From positions 1 to 14,361 of the IMG/VR virus record IMGVR_UViG_2531839662_000017: a DNA stretch of 14,361 nt; one strand, written 5' to 3'. Below the pieces are notes generated by a model that was not told the origin of the DNA, did not search any database, and worked only from the letters and a program-made list of their open reading frames with translations. This stretch comes from a virus (taxonomy: Duplodnaviria > Heunggongvirae > Uroviricota > Caudoviricetes). How positions within the stretch are numbered: the first letter of the stretch is position 1; each line of letters begins with the position of its first letter. A program made the translations under genes and the position numbers. Shown here in pieces: positions 1-7,457 of this stretch.

Positions 1-696
1 TCAATCTACTTTTGCAACACTTTGCTTTGAAAATGCCGCCTTTTGTTTTGAACGCGTTCTCATTACAAACAATAAAGCCCCACTATCCAGTCGGTAAAAA
101 ATGTGTTTCATTGCAACCCAGTGACGAGTAAATGTTTTGGACCAGTTTTTAGTTGTCACTCCCGCCAGTAATGCCAGCTCCTGGTATTCATAACCTTCCC
201 CACCAAAAAGTTCTGCTTTTACTGCCTGCGCCGCCAGCCAGATTAATTTTTTCAGGCGTTCCTGCGTTTTCCCTGCAATTTTTCTGGTACCGGATTGAGT
301 ATTAAATTCGTTCCACGCCCACTGTGTTATCGCGATCTGATGCTCCCAGCAAATGTTTCCGCCGTAACACCACAACAACCAGGCTTTATGATGCTCTTCA
401 AGAGACAGCACAGCCCGCCGCCATGATGATGTCGAAAACTCAACCGGGCTGACCAGGGCAATTGATGAGCCTTTCGCCAGTGATTGTTTTCCCGGGATTG
501 GTGGATTATCCCGCGTTATCATTTTTCCAGTCACTTCATCGCGGTACCGGATTTTTTTACGCCTGTAACGCCCTGTATCAAACATGGCATTCTCCTGCCA
601 GGCTTCAAGCTGACCTTTTGTTGCCCCACTCAAATCAGCGGTGGCGATAATGAGCTGCTCGCGCACAAACTGTAAATACTGGTTATTCATGCGCAC
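1..696 (-). CDS. Late-gene antitermination protein Q-like (lambdoid)
   Basis: 231-aa ORF that ends the minus-strand operon directly after rusA, the standard position of Q. Its start region overlaps the rusA stop (ATGA, alternative start at 690), suggesting translational coupling. Stop codon at 1-3, so the gene is complete. Assignment rests on position and size, not a confirmed motif. Confidence 0.55.
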   Translation of the reverse strand: MRMNNQYLQFVREQLIIATADLSGATKGQLEAWQENAMFDTGRYRRKKIRYRDEVTGKMITRDNPPIPGKQSLAKGSSIALVSPVEFSTSSWRRAVLSLEEHHKAWLLWCYGGNICWEHQIAITQWAWNEFNTQSGTRKIAGKTQERLKKLIWLAAQAVKAELFGGEGYEYQELALLAGVTTKNWSKTFTRHWVAMKHIFYRLDSGALLFVMRTRSKQKAAFSKQSVAKVD

Positions 697-1052
697 TCCA
701 ATTCTGTGATTTTTATCCCCAGCCGCCCACCAGGAACGAGCTGACCGCGCACAATATTGATTTCATCAAGCTGCTCGTCGTCTATGAGTAGTCCGGCATG
801 CGTCAGCGCATCCAGTGGTGCTTTCAGGATATTGTCCAGGTCACGACGACGTTTATCCGGTGGCTCTGCAATCACCTTTATCGCCAGCCGTCCGGACAGG
901 TTTAATTTCAGCCGCTGCTGGCGAACAATTAGCGCCACATCACGGCGATAACGCTCACCGGCTTTTGATACAAAATATGTGCTGCCACGACGTCGCCAGT
1001 AGGTGTTCACCGTTGGCGGGTAAGGCAAAACAAATTCTATGCGTTCGGTCAT
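687..1052 (-). CDS. rusA: Holliday junction resolvase RusA
   Basis: 121-aa translation has RusA-family hallmarks (PDKRRRDLDNILKAPLDALTHAGLLIDDEQL; basic N-terminus YWRRRG) and matches RusA length. Sits in the nin region next to Q, as in DLP12-type prophages. Confidence 0.85.
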   Translation of the reverse strand: MTERIEFVLPYPPTVNTYWRRRGSTYFVSKAGERYRRDVALIVRQQRLKLNLSGRLAIKVIAEPPDKRRRDLDNILKAPLDALTHAGLLIDDEQLDEINIVRGQLVPGGRLGIKITELECA

Positions 1053-2108
1053 TTATGCTTTCCACTTCAGGACACCCGAATTTCTCGCGTGCATTAAAAA
1101 ACGAATCAGCAACAACAGCTGGCTGCCGTGTTTTTCTTCAAAATCTTTTACCCCGGTGTGCAGTTCGTTATGACATTTACGGCACAATGGAATAACAAAC
1201 AAATCGTCAGCCTTTGTTCCCATCCCTCCCAGTCCATGACCAATGATGTGATGCGGATCATCTGCCTGATTACCGCACGTCATGCATTTCTGCGTTTTTA
1301 CCCAGCGCGTGTATACAGGCATCTCTTCCCGTTGTGGTTTCTGGCGCTGGAGATACTGAGCCGGTGACTCCGGATCAACGGCAATGCTGACCACTGTCTT
1401 TTCCTGTGGCGGGTTTTGCTGGTGGGCGTGAGGCAGCGGCGCAAGATTTTTTGTGCGCTGCTTCAGTATGCTGGTGGCGGTCTGCTCTCCCGGCACGATG
1501 TCGCTCTCGCGGTATACTGAGCGAATTTTTTCCGCGCGCAATCCCAGCGAACGACGTAATACCGTCTCCGGTAGTGCGTCCGCTACGTTATTTATGGTTG
1601 CCCACCAAGATAATTCAGCCAGCGATAATTCCCGCTCCTGCGTGCCATTCATTGCATGGTGTATGACGTCAATCATCCATGCTGACAGGTTTTGATGAGC
1701 AAGTTGCTCGAGTGATTCGGATGTCTGGTCACGCAGCTGGTTGTCGCAGTGCCAGCACAACACCATTGCGCCGGTACCATAACGGTGAATAACGGTTTCG
1801 CTGTGATGATAATCGCCGTGTGGCCACTGGCAGGATTTAACATGACGCAGGAGCCAGTCAGACAGTGCACCAGCGCCGCCGGCAGCACGAATCACCCGCT
1901 CATCGCTGAAAAATGGCAGCAGAGATTTGTCTTCCGCCAGCGGCTGGCGAACGGCAGGAACGACCCCGGACGGCAGACCGCGCATGCTTTTTGGCTCCGG
2001 TTCAACCAGCACTCTGCCGTTATGGAATACCTGCATGGATTCACGACCTGGCTTAACGATAACCACCCCAAGTTCCGGCACCAGAACAGGTCGAAGTAAT
2101 ACCCGCAC
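1053..2108 (-). CDS. DUF968/YdfU-like phage protein with C-terminal Cys/His (HNH-like) motif
   Basis: 351-aa ORF tightly packed between the rem-like gene and rusA (1-nt and 0-nt gaps). C-terminus carries CMTCGN...HHIIGHG...CRKCHNELH. Size and position resemble YdfU of Qin-type prophages (recalled, not searched). The true start may be internal. Confidence 0.6.
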   Translation of the reverse strand: MRVLLRPVLVPELGVVIVKPGRESMQVFHNGRVLVEPEPKSMRGLPSGVVPAVRQPLAEDKSLLPFFSDERVIRAAGGAGALSDWLLRHVKSCQWPHGDYHHSETVIHRYGTGAMVLCWHCDNQLRDQTSESLEQLAHQNLSAWMIDVIHHAMNGTQERELSLAELSWWATINNVADALPETVLRRSLGLRAEKIRSVYRESDIVPGEQTATSILKQRTKNLAPLPHAHQQNPPQEKTVVSIAVDPESPAQYLQRQKPQREEMPVYTRWVKTQKCMTCGNQADDPHHIIGHGLGGMGTKADDLFVIPLCRKCHNELHTGVKDFEEKHGSQLLLLIRFLMHARNSGVLKWKA

Positions 2109-2109
2109 G

Positions 2110-2382
2110 TTACCTCCAGATGCGTTGCTGGAATGTGCGGGACGGACGCGGTGGGCGTTCGGAATAAGGGAGCCTGACAGAAATTATCCAGTGTCGGAAG
2201 TCAGGGCTGAGGTCTTTCTGAAAGTCGTACCCACGCCTGCGGTAGTTCTGAATCAGCCATTCGGCCTGTTCTTCAGTGCATGGGGCATGCTGGTACCAGT
2301 CATATTTGAATGTATGAGAACGCCGCCCGTGCCAGCTGGCAAGGTCGGTATCAGAATTGTGATGTTTGGTATTGTGCGCCAT
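2110..2382 (-). CDS. Small phage protein, rem-position ORF
   Basis: 90-aa ORF immediately upstream of the DUF968 gene in the same operon, in the position rem occupies in Qin-like prophages. No recognisable catalytic motif. Confidence 0.5.
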   Translation of the reverse strand: MAHNTKHHNSDTDLASWHGRRSHTFKYDWYQHAPCTEEQAEWLIQNYRRRGYDFQKDLSPDFRHWIISVRLPYSERPPRPSRTFQQRIWR

Positions 2383-2455
2383 CGGTTTTCTCTGCTGGCG
2401 CAGCAGGTGCCAGTTGTTCAGGCTAGCCTGTAGATTGTAAACCAGAATACGTAAA

Positions 2456-2480
2456 ACAAAAAACCCGCCGAAGCGGGTTA
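2456..2480 (-). terminator. Intrinsic terminator downstream of the HTH-ImmA gene
   Basis: Minus strand reads ACCCGC-TTCG-GCGGGT followed by TTTTTTGTTTT (6-bp GC stem, tetraloop, U-tract), starting 4 nt after the stop codon at 2484. Confidence 0.7.
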
Positions 2481-2483
2481 TGC

Positions 2484-3605
2484 CTAGTGAATTTTGCCTC
2501 TAAGAGTTCGGTAAGATTGTAGTGAAACAACATCACCACTTCCTGGCAGTTCATGAACCGCAGGAAGATCATCTCCTACTAACTCATAAAAAATGTCCAC
2601 TTCTATATCCATTTCATCAGCTATACGCTGTGGGTCGTATCCTAACTCTTCAAATAAAAACGATAAAGCCCGACGGAATAACTCAGGACGCTCATGAGGG
2701 ATTAGATAATCTTCTTTTTCATCAATAGCTTCCCCTTTCCGTTTCAACCCCATAAATGCAGTTCTGTACTGCTCATCAGTCAAAAGTCCTAATTGATGAG
2801 CCCTGTAAACAATGGCAGCCTTACTTACTTTCCATGTCAACTTAAATTGGCTTAGTCCCTGCCAATTTATCCTCCCCCCCACAGGTCTTGGAAAATATTT
2901 CGCCATCGACGTTCTGGGAAGCAACAGAGCAGAGGCAAAACGGTTTGCCTGGGATTCAGTTAATCTATCCCCAGTAGAAATTCCTTCATGAAGAATCAAA
3001 TGGGCAACCTCATGAGCAATATCAAAGCGTTGCCTACAAGGTGAATTTTTAGCTGTATTTCGAACAATAAAAGGCCTTCGTAGAGGAACAGACAGTGCAT
3101 CTACTTCATCCGAAACGGAGTCAAATGAAGTAACAAACGCCCCAAGTTTCTCGGCAAGGCGAGTCATATTTTCAATTGGGCCAAAGCCTAAGCCCCACTC
3201 AATACGACATTTTTCTGCCGCTCGCTCGATATCTTCTTGTGTATGGACACGAAATTCAGGAAATCGAACAGGTGACAAATTAAGGTTATCTTCAAATACA
3301 TCAATAAAACGACGATAAAACTCAGCCTTAGCGAGTGTTGATAGCTTCGTTGACATCCTTGTCGAGGCGCGTTTACGAAAATGTACAATCTCTTCATTAA
3401 CAGGAGAATGTTCCTGCCCTTCGAAAAAGGCGGGCTTCACGCGCAAAACCTCGGCTAATTTATTTATAAGCTCTGGGGATGGAGTAGCTGAACCAGACTC
3501 CAGTCGCTGTACATACTGGCGTGTTTTTTCAACCTTCTCAGCAACCTGCTCCAGAGATAGCTCGTGATACAGACGAGCAAGTCTTAAATTAGTACCGTTA
3601 AACAC
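2484..3605 (-). CDS. Fusion protein: N-terminal XRE-family HTH plus ImmA/IrrE-type (COG2856) zinc metallopeptidase
   Basis: 373 aa, GTG start preceded by GGGTGA. N-terminal Cro/C1-type HTH (LSLEQVAEKVEKTRQYVQRLESG). HEVAH (HExxH) zinc-binding motif at residues 198-202, encoded at 3000-3014. Second gene of a two-gene operon, 10-nt gap after the upstream ORF. Confidence 0.85.
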   Translation of the reverse strand: MFNGTNLRLARLYHELSLEQVAEKVEKTRQYVQRLESGSATPSPELINKLAEVLRVKPAFFEGQEHSPVNEEIVHFRKRASTRMSTKLSTLAKAEFYRRFIDVFEDNLNLSPVRFPEFRVHTQEDIERAAEKCRIEWGLGFGPIENMTRLAEKLGAFVTSFDSVSDEVDALSVPLRRPFIVRNTAKNSPCRQRFDIAHEVAHLILHEGISTGDRLTESQANRFASALLLPRTSMAKYFPRPVGGRINWQGLSQFKLTWKVSKAAIVYRAHQLGLLTDEQYRTAFMGLKRKGEAIDEKEDYLIPHERPELFRRALSFLFEELGYDPQRIADEMDIEVDIFYELVGDDLPAVHELPGSGDVVSLQSYRTLRGKIH

Positions 3606-3615
3606 ATTTCACCCA

Positions 3616-4209
3616 CTATTTGCTATTTTGTTTCTTTTCCTTCTCAGTCTTAGACGCACTGATAGGTTCTAGTTCGATAGGTACCGGTGCTGGAGGTACA
3701 TCATCGACAGAGTTCAGCATAACAACACGGTCCGCACCATATGTCCAAGTTGACACGATCTCACCAAACACGTTATAGCCATTAAAAATGACTCTACCAC
3801 CCTCGCCTTCAAATTCAGGCTTTTCAACCACAAAGCGATGCATAGTTGGAGTAGTCTCCTCTGACTCAAAGAGTCGATCAGCATCATTTCTTTTGAAAAA
3901 ACCGCGTTTCTTGGGGTTATCTGCGTCATCAGTAAAGAAACGAATAGGGACATTCCCAATTGAAAACGTAAGATCCATGCCAGGATTAAGTAGTCTTAAC
4001 CAGTCATATGTCTTTCGTACGCACATTTGTAGCAACGCCTGCCGCTGACGCCCAAATGTACAACCACCACGAGTGTAATTATCATCATAGGGCGATGACA
4101 ATAACTCATGAGTAATATCCTGTATCCTGAGCAACTCCTCAGCTATAATGGTTAAACGCTCCTCTGTTAACTCAGGAAAGAACTCCCAAGGGAATGGATG
4201 GTTCTGCAT
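3616..4209 (-). CDS. Hypothetical protein, upstream partner of the HTH-ImmA gene
   Basis: ORF track gives 3616..4257 from a TTG. The ATG at 4207-4209 (MQNHPFPWEF...) has a GGAG Shine-Dalgarno 8 nt upstream and is preferred, giving 197 aa. I recognise no family. Codon usage is lower-GC than the phage backbone. Confidence 0.65.
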   Translation of the reverse strand: MQNHPFPWEFFPELTEERLTIIAEELLRIQDITHELLSSPYDDNYTRGGCTFGRQRQALLQMCVRKTYDWLRLLNPGMDLTFSIGNVPIRFFTDDADNPKKRGFFKRNDADRLFESEETTPTMHRFVVEKPEFEGEGGRVIFNGYNVFGEIVSTWTYGADRVVMLNSVDDVPPAPVPIELEPISASKTEKEKKQNSK

Positions 4210-4258
4210 AGACACTTCTCCGCCTAATCCGTGCAAAAAACGACTTTTGTCAACCAAG

Positions 4259-4287
4259 ATATTGGTGCATATTCATAATTTTGTCAA
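4259..4287 (-). promoter_or_regulatory. Candidate sigma70 promoter of the two-gene cassette
   Basis: Minus-strand TTGACA (4287-4282), 17-nt spacer, CAATAT (4264-4259), about 45 nt upstream of the preferred ATG. The -10 is weak. Confidence 0.3.
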
Positions 4288-4290
4288 CCA

Positions 4291-4315
4291 ATAAAAAACC
4301 CGCCGAAGCGGGTTA
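4291..4315 (-). terminator. Intrinsic terminator downstream of the hok remnant (identical copy of the 2456-2480 hairpin)
   Basis: Same ACCCGC-TTCG-GCGGGT plus T-run on the minus strand. The 23 nt at 4293-4315 are identical to 2458-2480. Confidence 0.65.
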
Positions 4316-4382
4316 AGTGCGGGTGCGTTGAGGATGCCTGACACATCAGAGGTGGCGAGGGATTTCTCCCTCGCCTGGTCTC

Positions 4383-4502
4383 TTACTCCTCAGGTTCGTA
4401 AGCTGTGAAGACAGCGACCTCCGTCTGGCCGGTTCGGATTCGTACCTCGCAGAGGTCTTTCCTCGTTATCAGTACCGCAACAATTTCGTATTCATGATTC
4501 AT
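4383..4502 (-). pseudogene. hok-family toxin remnant, 5'-truncated (HokD/RelF-like C-terminus)
   Basis: Minus-strand translation ...IVAVLITRKDLCEVRIRTGQTEVAVFTAYEPEE* matches the conserved Hok C-terminal half. Only 39 codons are in frame from an ATG (MNHEYE...), an in-frame TGA lies just upstream, and the hydrophobic N-terminal helix is missing. Homology ends where the AT-rich DNA begins (about 4480). A perfect 9-bp hairpin at 4354-4375 lies in the 3' UTR. Confidence 0.55.
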
Positions 4503-4659
4503 TTCATCTAAAACAGTTCATAAACCTAAATAAATTCAAAAAATCACAACACAAATAAATATAAATTATCTCATCCTGAAGAACGATAGGATTATTTAGA
4601 ATTAATAACAATTAATGTAACAATAATTATCAATCCAGATTATTCAAATAAAATGTCAT

Positions 4660-5706
4660 TTACCATATGGAGTTGTGAATGAACTTTAATTCATTTTTTA
4701 TTTTGTTAACAGATAAATTCACGGATGTCCTAACTCTATTCACAGTCATTGCATCTCCTGGATTTAACAACTCTAATGGTTTAGACTTAGCACTTGACAT
4801 TCTGCCACTACCCAGAAAATCATCAAGAATCACAATGTGATTATTAGGATCATCTGTTGTAAAATTACTAATATTTTGTCGAATTACCTCTCTTACAGCT
4901 TCGATGTACATTTTTGTCTGTTGATTTGGTTTATTCCTTGCTCCTGCCACTGTTGACCATCCGCAATGGGTAATAACCACCATCTGAATTTTTGGTGTAT
5001 GGCCATCAGACGGCATTATCTTTCTAAATTCTGATGTTGGTTTAGTCAGAGTATCAATAAGTAATCTTAATGAATTAATCGATTGCTGATCTGTCCTCAC
5101 TGGAACTATTAAAGCATCTGTTGCATGCCAAGATAAATGCGTCGCTCCAGAGAAAAAAGGTGATGTATCAATTAACGCTTTTGTAGTACCAGTTTCAACC
5201 ATTTCTCTGGCTATTTCTTTCTTCAGAGAAAAAAGAATTGTATCAATAACAACCTGCTGAGTAGCCCCAGAAATTGTTCTGGCTTGAGCCAGAGCATTCG
5301 CCATTTGCGTAGGTAGAAGATAAAGTTGACTATCAGATTGAATAAAATAGTTATTCTTGCCCGCAAACCAAGCATTAGTTGATGATACTAGCTTTGCAGC
5401 ACGCGTTGCAAATCCAAGCCCTGGAACAAAATAAGGCATTAAGAGGTCATTTGCAGTTGTGCTAGACGAAGATGCATAATTATTGTCAAAAAAATATGAT
5501 AAATTTCCTTGCGGGCACGTATCCACGATTAATGCGTTATCCGCCAAATATGACAGATTAAAAGTTAAAGATGTCTTACCAATGCCTCCCCGTAAATTAC
5601 ATACTGTATATTTATCATATTTCGGCAAATTAAGACTTCTTACATTACCGTCAGCAACTTCGAATTGACGCTCTATCAGAGCATTAACATTTGATTCACT
5701 AGTCAT
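4660..5706 (-). CDS. ParA/MinD/BcsQ-like P-loop ATPase (deviant Walker A), AT-rich accessory gene
   Basis: 348 aa with VCNLRGGIGKTSLTFNLSY (Walker A of KGGxGK[ST] type, with R replacing the signature K as in BcsQ) followed by IVDTCPQGNL (ParA-type D-x-PQ-N). The gene and its flanks are markedly AT-rich compared with neighbouring phage genes. Confidence 0.7.
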   Translation of the reverse strand: MTSESNVNALIERQFEVADGNVRSLNLPKYDKYTVCNLRGGIGKTSLTFNLSYLADNALIVDTCPQGNLSYFFDNNYASSSSTTANDLLMPYFVPGLGFATRAAKLVSSTNAWFAGKNNYFIQSDSQLYLLPTQMANALAQARTISGATQQVVIDTILFSLKKEIAREMVETGTTKALIDTSPFFSGATHLSWHATDALIVPVRTDQQSINSLRLLIDTLTKPTSEFRKIMPSDGHTPKIQMVVITHCGWSTVAGARNKPNQQTKMYIEAVREVIRQNISNFTTDDPNNHIVILDDFLGSGRMSSAKSKPLELLNPGDAMTVNRVRTSVNLSVNKIKNELKFIHNSIW

Positions 5707-5736
5707 ATCGCCACCATTAGTTTTACACTTTTATTG

Positions 5737-5765
5737 ATGATATGGAAAACTAACCTAGTTGTCAA
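5737..5765 (-). promoter_or_regulatory. Near-consensus sigma70 promoter for the ParA-like gene
   Basis: Minus-strand TTGACA (5765-5760), 17-nt spacer, TATCAT (5742-5737), about 30 nt upstream of the ATG at 5706. Confidence 0.5.
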
Positions 5766-5913
5766 CAATGGATTAAAAAACAAACACACAAGCGTTTATC
5801 AAAAGCACCTTGATTGGTGATACTACCGTGTCTTTCAGCCAAACAGTTCAGTATGTAAAGCGAATCCAACATCAATTAAGAACGTTTTCAGCGCTCCCCC
5901 AGTTGTCTAGATG

Positions 5914-6091
5914 TCAAACTTCATGCGCTCTCCTGTCGAAATAAACGTACTGATTAATCATGCCCAAGGACATTTCGCGTTTTACAGCGATATCACGGCG
6001 GGGAACTCCACACTGATGAAGCTTCCGCACTAGCTCAATATCGCTTTGCGGATGTTTTTTTGATTGGTTATAACCCCCCCCCTCTTAACAT
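5914..6091 (-). pseudogene. Small HTH ORF (weakly NinH-like), split by a frameshift at a G9/C9 homopolymer
   Basis: Minus strand reads ATG-MLRGGG into the G9 run and hits a stop. Removing one G gives a 58-aa ORF MLRGGGYNQSKKHPQSDIELVRKLHQCGVPRRDIAVKREMSLGMINQYVYFDRRAHEV* with an HTH-like core. The NinH resemblance is weak and from memory. Confidence 0.35.
6074..6082. repeat. C9 (minus-strand G9) homopolymer tract
   Basis: Nine consecutive C residues counted directly in the sequence, lying inside the frameshifted small ORF. Confidence 0.9.
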
Positions 6092-6192
6092 CCTATTGAT
6101 ACCCAGTTCCTGCGCTTTCGCTCTGACAGCATAACTAGAACGATCAATCAACCCTCCTATGCTTTCGACCGTCAACGCGTCTACACAATTGC

Positions 6193-6648
6193 CTAAGCGC
6201 CATGATTTCCCTCATGCACAACCTGTTCACCGAATGTCTCTCGAAAACCATTCTGGTAAAATGCCAGTACACGCTGCATAGCTTCGCTCTTCCGGCACTC
6301 GCGACAGATTATATTCAGGCGCCTATCGTAGCGACGCATTTCTCCGTCTGGTAATGACCAGATAAGGTCCGGATCAACCACAGATGGTTTCTTCAGATTT
6401 GCCCTTGAGAGTTTTTTGCGGGCGTTTTGCCAGTCCTTACGAGCCTGTTCAGACGGGAATAACCCGTAGCCAGAGTTATATACATCGCCACTGGCAACCA
6501 GCTCTCTGGCGATAACACTCATCAGATATCTTGTCGCACCAGTTTTCGCTTCCAGTTGCCGTAACGTCTCGCGCCCGCTCTGGCGTACCAGCTCAACAAC
6601 CTGCCCTTTAATTTTTTCTCGCTCTTCCTGTGTAAATACTTTTGCCAT
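6193..6648 (-). CDS. Hypothetical nin-region phage protein
   Basis: The ORF track extends to 6714, but the ATG at 6646-6648 (MAKVFTQEE...) has a GGGAGG Shine-Dalgarno and removes the overlap with the upstream gene, giving 151 aa. No family recognised. Confidence 0.55.
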   Translation of the reverse strand: MAKVFTQEEREKIKGQVVELVRQSGRETLRQLEAKTGATRYLMSVIARELVASGDVYNSGYGLFPSEQARKDWQNARKKLSRANLKKPSVVDPDLIWSLPDGEMRRYDRRLNIICRECRKSEAMQRVLAFYQNGFRETFGEQVVHEGNHGA

Positions 6649-6664
6649 AAGCCCTCCCCAGGAA

Positions 6665-7435
6665 TCACTTTTCCGGCACAATACGACTGGAGGAATCGAC
6701 AATCTGTCGGACAATATCCCGGTGCTTGTTCAGCTCCCGCAGCGCGGCGCAAACTCGCTCCCACTTCTGGGCATGACTTTTCGCCCGGCGCAGTTCGCGG
6801 TTTGCCATATGCAGCGATGGTAAAATCAGGCCATCAGCTCGTGTTTCAGTGAACGATGGCAGCGACTGCACAATGTCCGCCACAGTTTCTGTTTTAATAT
6901 CTTCCTGTGTTGCAGCTTCCTGTACTGGTAACGCAACACTTGCTGGCTGAGGAAAGGCTTTACCATCAGTTTCCGCTACCAATGCAGCTTTCGGCTCTGC
7001 TGGTAAATTATCGCCCGGTATGCAGTAGCGAAATTTACCGTTCTGGTTTACGCGTGCCAGCCGCCCCGTTGCGGTTACTACCGCCAGCGTGGAAGCAACC
7101 TTGCGAGTGCTGACACCGAACTTACCCGCCAGTTCCTCACACGTTTTAGCTCCCTCCTGACCGATAAACTCAATCATCATGTCAGCGGTAACTTTTCGTT
7201 CGACCTCCCTGGTTAGCACATCCTGTACTTCAGATTGTGCTGGCTGCTCTTCGGCTACCCCTGATTCACCTTCGCCAGCCACACGCCAGGTGTATACGCT
7301 TTTATCAACGAAGCCAGCCTTTTTCAGTTCCCACAGCTCGTTCAGTACTTCTTCACGACTGATATCAAGTCGCGCAGCCAGCTCTACCGACGTGGCTTTT
7401 CCCATCGCTTTCAGTGCGTCAAAAACGGTCTCCAT
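6665..7435 (-). CDS. Hypothetical phage protein with N-terminal winged-helix-like region
   Basis: The ORF track start at 7486 overlaps the DnaC-like gene. The ATG at 7433-7435 ([13 protein letters not shown]...) has a GGAGG Shine-Dalgarno 8 nt upstream, giving 256 aa. The N-terminus has a helix-turn-helix-like pattern ([28 protein letters not shown]). Confidence 0.6.
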   Translation of the reverse strand: METVFDALKAMGKATSVELAARLDISREEVLNELWELKKAGFVDKSVYTWRVAGEGESGVAEEQPAQSEVQDVLTREVERKVTADMMIEFIGQEGAKTCEELAGKFGVSTRKVASTLAVVTATGRLARVNQNGKFRYCIPGDNLPAEPKAALVAETDGKAFPQPASVALPVQEAATQEDIKTETVADIVQSLPSFTETRADGLILPSLHMANRELRRAKSHAQKWERVCAALRELNKHRDIVRQIVDSSSRIVPEK

Positions 7436-7457
7436 TAAAATTTCCTCCCGGTAAAAA

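Noticed and set aside
1128-2433. Several plus-strand ORFs of 79-168 aa (1128-1367, 1406-1666, 1453-1695, 1749-2099, 1927-2433)
   Set aside because: All lie antisense within the DUF968 and rem-like genes, which form a tightly packed operon with plausible proteins. They lack Shine-Dalgarno sequences and recognisable motifs, so they are most likely shadow ORFs of the GC-rich coding strand.
4210-4257. TTG-initiated N-terminal extension of the cassette's first gene (MVDKSRFLHGLGGEVS)
   Set aside because: The TTG overlaps a TTGACA promoter-like hexamer, while the downstream ATG at 4207-4209 has a well-spaced GGAG. The extension is probably 5' UTR.
4598-4640. AT-rich near-palindromic stretch (AATTAATAACAATTAATGTAACAATAATTATCAAT) downstream of the ParA-like gene
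   Set aside because: Imperfect symmetry in extremely AT-rich DNA is expected by chance. No flanking gene context suggests an operator and no stable GC stem is present to make it a terminator.
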